Of a DNA stretch of 64,000 nt, positions 50,974 to 60,223 are shown one piece after another; the first letter of the stretch is position 1, and every line of letters starts with the position of its first letter. A program made the translations under genes and the position numbers. This stretch comes from an uncultured Acidobacteriota bacterium (GTDB taxonomy: Bacteria > Acidobacteriota > UBA6911): NCBI GenBank assembly GCA_963843575.1, contig CAWJKZ010000014.1, positions 416,001-480,000 on the forward strand, given 5' to 3'. The notes under the pieces were generated by a model. That model was not told where the DNA came from. It searched no databases and saw only the letters and a program-made list of their open reading frames with translations.

Positions 50974-52914
50974 ATGTCCAGCTATCTCTGGTTGATCCCC
51001 ATGCTTCCGCTCGCCGGCGCCGTGCTCAACGGCCTGGCAGGTAGGCGGCTGCCCAAAGTCTTCGTTTCCTTGACCGCCTGCGGGGCGTCTGGGGGAGCCT
51101 TCGTGGTCGCGATGGCGGCCGTACTCGATCTGCTGAAGCGGGCCCCGGCCGATCGGCACCTCGCCAACACCCTCTTCACCTGGATCTCCTCGGGGGACTT
51201 CGTCGCCCGGGCGGAGTTCCTGCTCGACCCGCTCTCGGCGGTGATGCTGCTGGTCGTCACCGGGGTCGGCTTCCTGATCCACGTCTATTCGATCGGGTAC
51301 ATGCACGCGGAGGACGGCTACTACAGGTTTTTTTCCTACTTGAACCTGTTCCTCTTCTCGATGCTGGTGCTGGTGCTGGCGGGCAACTTCCTTCTGATGT
51401 TCGTCGGGTGGGAGGGGGTAGGGCTCTGCTCGTACCTCCTGATCGGCTACTATTTCGACCGCAAGAGCGCGGCGGACGCCGGGAAAAAGGCCTTCATCGT
51501 CAACCGGATCGGCGACGTCGGGTTCATCCTGGGGATATTCCTAGTTTTCGACACCTTCAACAGCGTCGATTTCGGTGAGGTGTTCCGCCAGATCGCCGAA
51601 GGGGGTCAGCGATTTCCGGTTGAACAGGGGGTAGGGCTACTGACCGCCATCGGGTTGCTGCTTTTCGTCGGCGCGACGGGCAAGAGCGCACAGATACCGC
51701 TGTACGTCTGGCTGCCGGACGCCATGGAAGGTCCGACTCCGGTCAGCGCGCTCATTCACGCGGCCACGATGGTGACCGCCGGGGTCTACATGGTCGTGCG
51801 CTGCGCCCCGATTTTCAGCCGCGCCCCCGTTGCCATGGAGGTCGTGGCGCTCGTGGGCATCCTCACCGCGCTCGTCGCCGCCACCATCGGACTTGTGCAG
51901 ACGGACATCAAGCGCGTGCTAGCCTACTCGACCGTCAGCCAGCTGGGCTACATGTTCGTGGCCGCAGGGGTCGGGGCGTTTTCGGCAGGCGTGTTCCACC
52001 TTATGACCCACGCGTTTTTCAAGGCCCTCCTGTTCCTCGGAGCCGGCAGCGTGATCCATGCCCTGGGGGGCGAACAGGACCTTACCCGGATGGGCGGGTT
52101 GAGGCGGCACATTCCGATAACGTATCGCACCATGTTTGTCGGGGCCCTGGCCATAAGCGGCATCTTTCCGCTCGCGGGATTCTTCAGCAAGGACGAGATC
52201 CTGTGGTCGGCCTGGTCCAACGGGCATCCCGTCGTGTGGATCGTGGGTCTGGCGACGGCGGGGATGACTGCCTTCTACATGTTCCGGCTGGTGTTCCTTG
52301 CGTTTTTCGGGCGGGAGCGTTTTTCGCACGAGGCGAGCCACCATCTGCACGAGTCTCCGGCGAGCATGACCCTGCCGCTGATGGCCTTGGCGTTTCTGTC
52401 GTTGGTCGGCGGTTTCGTCGGGCTGCCCGCATGGCTGGGGCCGAACGCGTTTGCCCGCTTCATGGAGCCTTCCCTCGAGTTCGCCCGGGTGGCGGAGCAT
52501 CACGGGACGAGCCACGCGGTCGAAGCTGGATTCGCCGCAGTTTCCGTCGCGGTTGCCCTGCTGGGCATCTACCTTGCGTACCGGCTTTATGTGGCGCGGC
52601 CGGGTTCGGCCGACGCCCTTGCGCGTAGGTTCGGCTGGCTCTATACGCTGCTGTTCCACAAGTACTACGTGGACGAGATCTACGACGCGGCGCTCGTGAA
52701 ACCCGTGGTCGCGGGATCGCGCGAGGTGCTATGGAAAGGGATCGACGTGCAGGTGGTGGACGGGCTCGTCAACGGGATGGGGCTCTCCGTACAGGCATGG
52801 GCTGCGTATCTGAAGAACGTCCAGAACGGGTTTGTCCGCAGCTATGCCACCTGGATACTGTTCGGTGCGGTCGTCCTGCTGTTTTATGTCGCAGTCATGA
52901 GCGGGCGGGCCTGA
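50974..52914 (+). CDS. nuoL: NADH-quinone oxidoreductase subunit L
   Basis: GWEGVGLCSYLLIG, GKSAQIPLYVWLPDAMEGPTPVSALIHAATMV, THAFFKA. Confidence 0.96.
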   Translation: MSSYLWLIPMLPLAGAVLNGLAGRRLPKVFVSLTACGASGGAFVVAMAAVLDLLKRAPADRHLANTLFTWISSGDFVARAEFLLDPLSAVMLLVVTGVGFLIHVYSIGYMHAEDGYYRFFSYLNLFLFSMLVLVLAGNFLLMFVGWEGVGLCSYLLIGYYFDRKSAADAGKKAFIVNRIGDVGFILGIFLVFDTFNSVDFGEVFRQIAEGGQRFPVEQGVGLLTAIGLLLFVGATGKSAQIPLYVWLPDAMEGPTPVSALIHAATMVTAGVYMVVRCAPIFSRAPVAMEVVALVGILTALVAATIGLVQTDIKRVLAYSTVSQLGYMFVAAGVGAFSAGVFHLMTHAFFKALLFLGAGSVIHALGGEQDLTRMGGLRRHIPITYRTMFVGALAISGIFPLAGFFSKDEILWSAWSNGHPVVWIVGLATAGMTAFYMFRLVFLAFFGRERFSHEASHHLHESPASMTLPLMALAFLSLVGGFVGLPAWLGPNAFARFMEPSLEFARVAEHHGTSHAVEAGFAAVSVAVALLGIYLAYRLYVARPGSADALARRFGWLYTLLFHKYYVDEIYDAALVKPVVAGSREVLWKGIDVQVVDGLVNGMGLSVQAWAAYLKNVQNGFVRSYATWILFGAVVLLFYVAVMSGRA

Positions 52915-52915
52915 T

Positions 52916-54479
52916 ATGGAAATACGCAATATCCTGTCCTGGATTACCTACCTGCCCGCGCTCTTCGGCCTGATCGTGCTGGCCCTCCCCCCCCGCGGGG
53001 AGCGACTGATCAAGAGCATGGCGTTTGCCGGTTCCCTGGCCGTCTTCCTGCTCTCGCTCTCCCTGCTCGGAACCTTTGACGGCAGCCGCGGCGGCATGCA
53101 GTTCGAGGAGTCGGCGCCCTGGATGGACGCGGGCGGGTTTCGCATTGCGCACCATTTAGGCATCGACGGCATCAGCCTGTTCCTGGTGCTCCTCACGACC
53201 TTCATCATGCCCCTGGCCATCCTCTCGTCCTGGCGCTCGGTGGCGCAGCGGTTGCGCCAGTACATGGCGTGCATCCTGGTGCTCGAAACGGGGATCGTCG
53301 GCGTCTTCTGCTCCCTCGACCTCGTGCTCTTCTACGTGTTCTGGGAGGTCATGCTGATCCCGATGTATTTCCTGATCGGGATCTGGGGGGGGGAGCGCCG
53401 GATATATGCGGCCGTCAAGTTCATCCTCTACACGATGGCGGGCTCGCTCTTGATGCTCGTCGCCATCCTGTACCTGTTCTACCACGCGGGATCGACGTTT
53501 GACTGGGTGCGGATCTCACAGAACCTGGCCTCCGGGGCCGTGCAAATCACCCCGAACGAGGAGTTCTGGCTGTTTTTGGCATTCCTACTGGCCTTTGCGA
53601 TCAAGGTGCCGCTCTTCCCCTTCCACACCTGGCTTCCGGATGCCCACGTCGAAGCCCCGACCGCAGGCTCCGTGATCCTGGCCGCGGTCCTGCTGAAAAT
53701 GGGAACCTACGGGCTGCTGCGCTTCTGTCTCCCGCTCTTCCCCACCGCATCGCTCAGCGCGGCCCCGGTCCTTTCGATCCTCGGGCTGATTGGGGTCGTC
53801 TACGGTGCGCTGGTCGCCATGGTGCAGCCCGATCTGAAGAAGCTGGTAGCCTACTCCTCGGTCAGTCACATGGGCCTCATCGTCGTAGGGATCTTCGCCT
53901 TCACGACCCAAGGGCTGCAGGGTTCGACCCTCCAGATGCTGAACCACGGTCTCTCGACCGGAGCCTTGTTCCTCCTGGTCGGCATGATCTACGAGCGCCG
54001 GCACACGCGGCAGATTTCGCAATTCGGAGGGCTGGCGCACGTCAGCCCCATACTGGCCTCGTTTTTCCTGGTGGTGACCCTCTCGTCGATCGGTCTCCCC
54101 GGCATGAACGGCTTTGTGGGCGAAGTGCTGGTCCTGCTCGGGACCTTTGTGCAGAACCGCACCTACGCCGCAATCGCCGCGCTCGGGATGATCCTCGGCG
54201 CCGTCTACATGTTGTGGATGTACCAGCGGGTTTTCTTCGGCAAGGTGACCGTCCCCGAGAACGCGAGCATGGGTGACATCGGTGCGCGCGAGGTGGCCTT
54301 GTTGGTACCGATCGTGGCGCTCATGTTCTGGATGGGAGTCTACTCCAGCGCCGTTCCTCGGGCGCATGGAGGCCAGCCTGCGGGTGGTGCAGGACCGCAT
54401 CCAGCACGCGCGCGCGCCCGAAGGCGGGTTCCGGGTCGAACAGCTGCGCCTGCCGGCCCTCGAGGAGGCGAAACGGTGA
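52916..54479 (+). CDS. nuoM: NADH-quinone oxidoreductase subunit M; frameshift near 54345-54352
   Basis: FYVFWEVMLIP, KVPLFPFHTWLPDAHVEAP, YSSVSHMG; true C-terminus PFLGRMEASL...EEAKR* lies in the 54273-54479 frame. Confidence 0.93.
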
Positions 54480-55921
54480 TGATCTCCGATCTCGTCCCCC
54501 TGGTGCCCCAACTGATCCTGGTGATCGCCGGGATGGCCCTGATGCTCCTGGAGCCGTTCACCCCTGCGGAGCGCAAGGGCCGAATGGGGCAGATCGCCGT
54601 CATGGCCACGGCGGTCGCCGCCTACAGCCTCGCCTTTCAGTGGACGGGGCAGCCTCGCAGCGTCTTCGGCGGCATGATCATCGTCGACCGCTACAGCACC
54701 TTTTTCCAGTGGCTTTTCCTGGTGATCACGGGCGTCTGCGCCCTCGTCTCCATGCGCTTCAACCAACGGGAGTCGATCGACCGGGGTGAATACTACGCCC
54801 TGCTCCTGTTCGCCTGTTCGGGCATGTCGCTCATGGCCTCGAGCGGCGACCTGATCCTCACCTTCCTCGGCATTGAGATTCTGTCGATCGCCACCTACAT
54901 CCTGGCCGGATTCAAGCGCAATGACCCGAAGTCCAACGAGTCGTCCCTGAAATACTTCCTCCTCGGGTCGTTTGCGACGGCGTTCCTCCTTTACGGCATC
55001 GCCCTCGTCTATGGCAGCACGGGGAGCACCAACTACATGGTGATCCGCACGATGGCCTCGGCTTCGACGGCGCCGCAAGCCACGATGCTCATGGGAATGG
55101 TCCTCCTGCTGGTCGGGTTCGGCTTCAAGATCGCGCTGGTCCCCTTCCACGCCTGGGTGCCCGACGTGTACGAGGGGGCGCCGACGGCCGTGACTGCATT
55201 CATGACCGTCGGGCCGAAAGCCGCGGGCTTCGCGGCACTGATCCGGGTCCTGACGGAGGCCATACCGTTCCTCGGTTTCGACTGGACCCTGCTCCTCTGG
55301 GTCTGTGCAGTCTTGACGATGACTCTCGGCAACATCGTCGCCGTGCTCCAGAACAACATCAAGCGCATGCTGGCCTACTCGGCCATCGCGCACGCGGGGT
55401 ATATCCTCGTCGGCGTCGTGGCCAACAGCGAAGCCGGGTTCGGCGCGGTGCTGTTCTACCTCGTCGTGTACACGGTGATGAACCTGGGCGCCCTCAGCAT
55501 CGTGCTCTCCCTGAGCCGCCAAGGGGACCGCAGGGTGAACATGGAGGACTATGAGGGCCTCGGCCGGAACTCCCCTTTTCTCGCCGCTGCGCTTTCGGTC
55601 TTCCTGGTGTCGCTGGCCGGCATCCCGCTGACGGGCGGTTTCATGGGCAAGTTCTACCTGTTCAGCGCGGCCATCCAGCAGGGCTACATCGGCCTGGCGA
55701 TCATCGGGGTGCTCAACAGCCTGTTGTCGGTTTTTTATTACTTCCGCATCCTCATCGTCATGTATATGAAGGAACCGGCCGAGGCGCTCCAGGAGCCCGC
55801 CCCCGTGGCGCTGCCGGTGCTCGCCATCATTGCGATTGGCGTGGTCGGCATCATCTGGCTTGGAGTCTACCCGTCGGAGATTCTGAATCTTGCGGCGCAC
55901 TCCATCCCTGGCCTAAAATAG
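54479..55921 (+). CDS. nuoN: NADH-quinone oxidoreductase subunit N
   Basis: GAGGAGG RBS then ATG (MISDLVPLVPQ); ESSLKYFLLG, FKIALVPFHAWVPDVYEGAP, KRMLAYS. Confidence 0.94.
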   Translation: MISDLVPLVPQLILVIAGMALMLLEPFTPAERKGRMGQIAVMATAVAAYSLAFQWTGQPRSVFGGMIIVDRYSTFFQWLFLVITGVCALVSMRFNQRESIDRGEYYALLLFACSGMSLMASSGDLILTFLGIEILSIATYILAGFKRNDPKSNESSLKYFLLGSFATAFLLYGIALVYGSTGSTNYMVIRTMASASTAPQATMLMGMVLLLVGFGFKIALVPFHAWVPDVYEGAPTAVTAFMTVGPKAAGFAALIRVLTEAIPFLGFDWTLLLWVCAVLTMTLGNIVAVLQNNIKRMLAYSAIAHAGYILVGVVANSEAGFGAVLFYLVVYTVMNLGALSIVLSLSRQGDRRVNMEDYEGLGRNSPFLAAALSVFLVSLAGIPLTGGFMGKFYLFSAAIQQGYIGLAIIGVLNSLLSVFYYFRILIVMYMKEPAEALQEPAPVALPVLAIIAIGVVGIIWLGVYPSEILNLAAHSIPGLK

Positions 55922-55953
55922 TCTAACGCCCTTCGTAACGCCGGAGTTTTCCC

Positions 55954-56424
55954 ATGATCGACGTCCGCAAGAAGTTGCAGGAGGATCTGAACGCGATCGA
56001 GCGCGAGCTTCGCGTCGACTTGCCCAGGGAAATTCTCCGGGCGCGGGAACACGGCGACCTCAGTGAGAACGCGGAGTACAAGGCCGCCAAGGAGCGGCAA
56101 TCCTATCTCGAGGGGCGGAAGGCGCAATTGCAGAAGCGTCTGGCGTCGCTGTCGCTCGTCAACCTCGACAAGATCCCGACGGACCGCGCCGCCTACGGGT
56201 CGCGCGTGGTCCTGTACGATTTCGAGGCGGACCGTGAGGTTGAATACCGCCTCGTCACGCCGGAAGAGTCGGACCTGTCCAAGGGGCTCATCTCGATCAC
56301 CTCACCGATCGGTCGCAGCCTGGTCGGGAAGATGGTCGGGGACGGGGTGGAGATCGTCACCCCCGGGGGCCGTCGGGACTACGAACTGCGCGGCCTGATC
56401 ACAATCCACGAAATCGAGGAATAG
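55954..56424 (+). CDS. greA: transcription elongation factor GreA
   Basis: AREHGDLSENAEY, ISITSPIGRSL. Confidence 0.93.
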   Translation: MIDVRKKLQEDLNAIERELRVDLPREILRAREHGDLSENAEYKAAKERQSYLEGRKAQLQKRLASLSLVNLDKIPTDRAAYGSRVVLYDFEADREVEYRLVTPEESDLSKGLISITSPIGRSLVGKMVGDGVEIVTPGGRRDYELRGLITIHEIEE

Positions 56425-56554
56425 AGACCGCGGGAGGACGCCCGGGCACGATGCGCCGTGAGGCGCGGAGCGGCCGGAGTGCGCACCGCGCTTCGGGGCC
56501 CTGGTGATCACGGCCCCGAGGCGCGCGCGTCTGCCAGTGCAGGATGGGCTGAAC

Positions 56555-56881
56555 TCAGACGTAGAGCAGCATCATGATGACGACGAACGTCAGCAGCGCC
56601 AGGAACTCGATGAATGCCAGTCCGAGGAAGATGAAGATGCGGATCGTGTCGGTAGCACCCGGGTTGCGCGACACGCCCTCGCAGGCGGCCGTCAGCGCGC
56701 GACTTTGCGCGTAGCCGCAACCGGCCGCGGCGAGCGCCATCCCGAAACCCGACGTGATCACCAGCCACTGCCCCTTCGCGGGTGCGGCGGCCCCACCCGC
56801 CTCCCCTTGCGCAAAAACCGGTACGGCCAGCATCAGGAACACGAATGTAAGGATTAGAGCAGGAACTAACTTTCGGCCCAT
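56555..56881 (-). CDS. atpE: F0 ATP synthase subunit c with N-terminal signal-like extension
   Basis: GxxxAxxGxxQ helix, SRNPG loop, GLAFIE carboxylate. Confidence 0.93.
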   Translation of the reverse strand: MGRKLVPALILTFVFLMLAVPVFAQGEAGGAAAPAKGQWLVITSGFGMALAAAGCGYAQSRALTAACEGVSRNPGATDTIRIFIFLGLAFIEFLALLTFVVIMMLLYV

Positions 56882-56942
56882 CAGAAGTCTCCTTTCAGTG
56901 AATCAGATATCCGTGGCGCGGATTTGTCCGGACGGTTGTCCT

Positions 56943-57737
56943 TTAAGCCGCCGCCGCTTGAGTTTGTGGGTGCACGGGGGCGTCGGCGTGCGGTTCCGCG
57001 TGCGCCTCCTCGTGCGCGTCTTCGACCGCGCCCGAGATGTAGACCATGGTCAGCAGCACGAAAATGAATGCCTGGATCGTGCCGGCAAAGAGCGCGAGAA
57101 ACATCACCGGCACCGAGGTCAGGAACGGGAAAATATACTGGTTCAGCGACCCGATGATCAGTTCCTCGGCAAAGATGTTGCCGAAAAGCCGCATGCTGAG
57201 CGAAAAAGGCCGTGCCATGTGGCTGACGATCTCCACCGGGAACAGCAGCCAGGCGAGCCACCAGACCGGACCGGCGAAGTGCTTCAGGTACTTCAGAAAC
57301 CCGTGTTTGCGGATCCCCTGGTAGTTGTAATACAGGAAAACGCAGATGGCGCACGACGCCGTCACGTTCAGGTTGCTGGTCGGCGACAGGAATCCCGGCA
57401 TCATGCCGAGGAGGTTGCCGAGCAGGATGTATATCGCCAGGGTGAAGATCAGCGGGACGAACTTGCGCGTGTCCTTCCCGATCACATCCTTCATCAGCGA
57501 CTGGATGGCCTCCAGCAGGATCTCGAGGATGTGCTGCAGCCGGGTGGGATTCTCAACGCTCAGCTTGGTCCGCATCCAGAGGGCAAACCCGACCAGGCCC
57601 AGCGCGATGAGCAGGATCATCACGATGTGGTCGGGCAAGGCGTGGTGCCCGTGGGCGGGCACCAAACCCAGCATGCGGGCCAGCGGATCGAACAGGTGCT
57701 CGTTCAGGAACAGGGCTACTTCGCTTGCCTCATGCAT
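56943..57737 (-). CDS. atpB: F0 ATP synthase subunit a
   Basis: PTSNLN, EIVSHMARPFSLSMRLFGNI, IQAFIFVLL. Confidence 0.96.
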   Translation of the reverse strand: MHEASEVALFLNEHLFDPLARMLGLVPAHGHHALPDHIVMILLIALGLVGFALWMRTKLSVENPTRLQHILEILLEAIQSLMKDVIGKDTRKFVPLIFTLAIYILLGNLLGMMPGFLSPTSNLNVTASCAICVFLYYNYQGIRKHGFLKYLKHFAGPVWWLAWLLFPVEIVSHMARPFSLSMRLFGNIFAEELIIGSLNQYIFPFLTSVPVMFLALFAGTIQAFIFVLLTMVYISGAVEDAHEEAHAEPHADAPVHPQTQAAAA

Positions 57738-57738
57738 A

Positions 57739-58116
57739 CTACTTCCGGCTCTCAAAGGCTTCGAGGAGGCCTTCAACAAAAACGCTGCAGTGGAAGACCG
57801 CAAAACCGGCCACTGCAGCGAAAACGCTCATAAAAAGAAAGCGGATCATAACATACAGGCACAGGGGAATCAATAAAAGGCGGAGGAAAAATCCGCTTAA
57901 AGCGCGCCGTTTCGACCGCTTCGCGTCGTCGAGCAGGAGCCCCTCGATACTCCGGCGCAACCACAGCATGCTTAGCGCCGCCAGCCCGCCCCCGGCCAGG
58001 AACGACAGCCCCGAAAAGGCGCCGTAGAGCAGGAAGACAAGGACGCTCCCTGCGGCTACGAGCACGCCACCGATGACGGGGATGCGTCTCTCAGGATGCC
58101 CCGGGACGCTACTCAT
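57739..58116 (-). CDS. atpI: ATP synthase subunit I (4-TM)
   Basis: Hydrophobic 125-aa ORF (SFLAGG, FFLRLLL) directly upstream of atpB. Confidence 0.8.
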   Translation of the reverse strand: MSSVPGHPERRIPVIGGVLVAAGSVLVFLLYGAFSGLSFLAGGGLAALSMLWLRRSIEGLLLDDAKRSKRRALSGFFLRLLLIPLCLYVMIRFLFMSVFAAVAGFAVFHCSVFVEGLLEAFESRK

Positions 58117-58330
58117 CTGGATTCTGCTGTTCGCGGCTGAGGATCCGGTAGATCTCGTAAAACCCTGCGCCCGCGCCGAAGAGGGTCAGGACGACGGCGG
58201 CGACCGGAAAGGTGCCGAGCATGCGATCGACAGCCCACCCCAGCAACCATCCCGCCCCCATCGAAGAAGGGAGGATCATCACAATGGCCGAAAGGCGCGA
58301 CATCCTGGCGTAAAACGTCCGGTCCGGCAC
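58109..58330 (-). CDS. AtpZ/ATPase gene-1 family protein
   Basis: GAGWLLGWAVDRMLGTFP...LFGAGAGFYE; GTG start after GGGGAG. Confidence 0.8.
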   Translation of the reverse strand: MPDRTFYARMSRLSAIVMILPSSMGAGWLLGWAVDRMLGTFPVAAVVLTLFGAGAGFYEIYRILSREQQNPDE

Positions 58331-58439
58331 GATCTGCTCCCCCGAATGCGACGGCCCAATCATTATAGCCGCGGCCAATCGCGCCCGCGCCCAGAAAACT
58401 CTTTGGCGAAACCCGAGGAGTTTGGTAGTCTTTGGCGCC

Positions 58440-58533
58440 GGAGAGGTACCGAAGAGGTCGTACCGGGCTCGACTCGAAATCGAGTTAGGGACCAAAAGTC
58501 TCTACGTGGGTTCGAATCCCACCCTCTCCGCCA
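58440..58533 (+). tRNA. tRNA-Ser(CGA)
   Basis: GGAGAGG acceptor, CTCGA-CTCGAAA-TCGAG anticodon arm, long variable arm, GGTTCGAATCC, CCTCTCCGCCA. Confidence 0.97.
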
Positions 58534-58639
58534 CATCCACTTAAAATCAATAACTTACAGACAATACTAAGTACCCCATTTCGCAAGTACGCTAACGTCT
58601 TCTTGGGATGGAGCTGGTCACCGATTGACCACAGCCGAA

Positions 58640-58735
58640 CGCGGATCTTCGCGGATTTTACGGATTCACGCGGATCGGCCGCGCGCGGCCTGCCACCAGG
58701 TAGCAAGCCGCGTGTATCCGCGCAAATCTGCGTCC
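58640..58735. repeat. short-period CGGAT repeat element with inverted arm
   Basis: CGCGGATCTT-CGCGGATTTT-ACGGATTCA-CGCGGATC followed by inverted ATCCGCG-CAA-ATCTGCG. Confidence 0.65.
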
Positions 58736-58771
58736 TGGGAACGTTAGCGTATTTCTGAACACGAGTACCTC

Positions 58772-59461
58772 TCAGCTGTTCACCAGCTCGCGCCAGATTC
58801 CCACCTCAACGGCTACGACCGGCCTTTCTATTTCGTCCACCAGAATGTCTATCCTCTCCAGCTGTTTCTGCTCTTCCTGATCCAAATTCCGGCCCTTCCG
58901 AAGATTGCGTCCGGAGCAATAGGAGCTCAGTTCCTTGTCGAGCTCCGTGTAGAGCCGCAGGTAGTTGGGATCGGCGAGGACTCTCTCGACATGCGCGAGT
59001 TCATGCCCAAGGACTTCCGCGTACCGTGCCTTCCTGCTGAGTCCTGCCAACGGCTTGAATTGATCCGCGCCACGGGGCACGCTTTTTGCCGCAGAAGCCC
59101 GGTTGATGGTCGAGAGGAATAGCCGGACGGATATGATGTGCTGACCGCCGCCCTGATCGACCTTTTCGAGGACCATTTCGCCCGCCTTGGAAGGTGCGTT
59201 TTTCGCATGTTTGCCCAGCTCGACAAAGATCAGATGGCCGCTCCCCTCTGCGGATTGCCACAGTTCCTGGAGTCTCGGATGCAGCAACCGGTTGGCGCCG
59301 TCTTTGGCAAACACGATCTCCCGGATCGAATTCCACACTCGAACCTGTTGAGGAGAGAGCCGATCGGTGCGGATAGCCGCCAGAGTTTCGGGAATTTCGG
59401 GAGTCACCGTCAGCAACGAAACCACGAAAATCAGCTTCGATAAAATCGATCGGTGTGCCAT
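58772..59461 (-). CDS. secreted hypothetical protein with HEXXH motif
   Basis: N-terminal hydrophobic signal; EVLGHELAHVE; GGAGAGG RBS. Confidence 0.7.
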   Translation of the reverse strand: MAHRSILSKLIFVVSLLTVTPEIPETLAAIRTDRLSPQQVRVWNSIREIVFAKDGANRLLHPRLQELWQSAEGSGHLIFVELGKHAKNAPSKAGEMVLEKVDQGGGQHIISVRLFLSTINRASAAKSVPRGADQFKPLAGLSRKARYAEVLGHELAHVERVLADPNYLRLYTELDKELSSYCSGRNLRKGRNLDQEEQKQLERIDILVDEIERPVVAVEVGIWRELVNS

Positions 59462-59695
59462 GGGGCCTCTCCTTCCGCGGCCTTGTCCTGCCGCGTTCGG
59501 CCCCTAATGCGCAGATTGTTCGGAAAGGGGAACATGCCGTCGATCTTCAATAGCTCGCACCGCCGTGGTAAGGCCCAGGGACATGGAGAGCCGAGCGGGT
59601 AGGGTGATCATTCCCTGCGGGGAGGAGAGTCGGAAGATGGGTGTATAATTGCGGACAATTCGGGATCAGCTTCTCACCAACTTGGGATTGCCGAG

Positions 59696-60223
59696 ATGCC
59701 ATCCCCGCACGAAGTCACTCATCTGCTCCAGGCCTGGTGCGGCGGCGACCAGGCGGCCCTGGATAAGCTCGTCCCTCTGGTTTATGACGAACTGCACAGG
59801 CTGGCCCACATCCACATGGTGCGCGAGCGGCCGCGGCTCATCGATGCCAACCAGGTCCAGTGGCAGGACCGCACCCACTTTTTTGCCATTTCGGCCAATG
59901 TGATGCGCCGCATCCTGGTGCAATTTGCGCGCTCGCGCGGCTCCCGAAAGCGGGGCGGCGGCGCCGGGCGCGTGGACCTCGACGAAGCGCTCATTCCGTC
60001 GCCGGAACGCGATACCGACCTGATAGCGCTGGACGACGCGCTGACTGCGCTGGCCGCGATCGATCCGCGGGAGGCGAGGGTGGTGGAGCTGCGTTTTTTC
60101 GGCGGAATGAGCGTGGACGAGACCGTGGAGATCCTGCAACTCTCGGGCATGACGGTGAAGCGGGATTGGAATCATGCGAAGGCGTGGTTGCTGCAGGAGT
60201 TGAAACGAGGGGCGCGCGGATGA
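59696..60223 (+). CDS. ECF sigma factor, TIGR02999/kinase-associated type, with internal in-frame deletion
   Basis: EVTHLL.AW..GD..ALD.L.PLVYDEL, WQDRTHFFA, MRRILV..AR, VVELRFFGG, TVKRDW..AKAWL. Confidence 0.88.
   Translation: MPSPHEVTHLLQAWCGGDQAALDKLVPLVYDELHRLAHIHMVRERPRLIDANQVQWQDRTHFFAISANVMRRILVQFARSRGSRKRGGGAGRVDLDEALIPSPERDTDLIALDDALTALAAIDPREARVVELRFFGGMSVDETVEILQLSGMTVKRDWNHAKAWLLQELKRGARG

Noticed and set aside
53585-55900. Long antisense or alternate-frame ORFs (also 7090-8826, 2086-3333, 47080-49194, 43107-44759, most of 25488-28226)
   Set aside because: Shadow ORFs of high-GC genes; low-complexity Arg/Pro/Gly-rich translations with no motifs.
52916-55921. 1001-aa NuoM-NuoN fusion ORF
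   Set aside because: One extra base near 54348 explains it: the normal NuoM tail and stop lie in another frame, and nuoN has its own RBS and start.
58640-58735. CRISPR array
   Set aside because: Units are 9-10 nt with no spacers, and there are no cas genes in the window.
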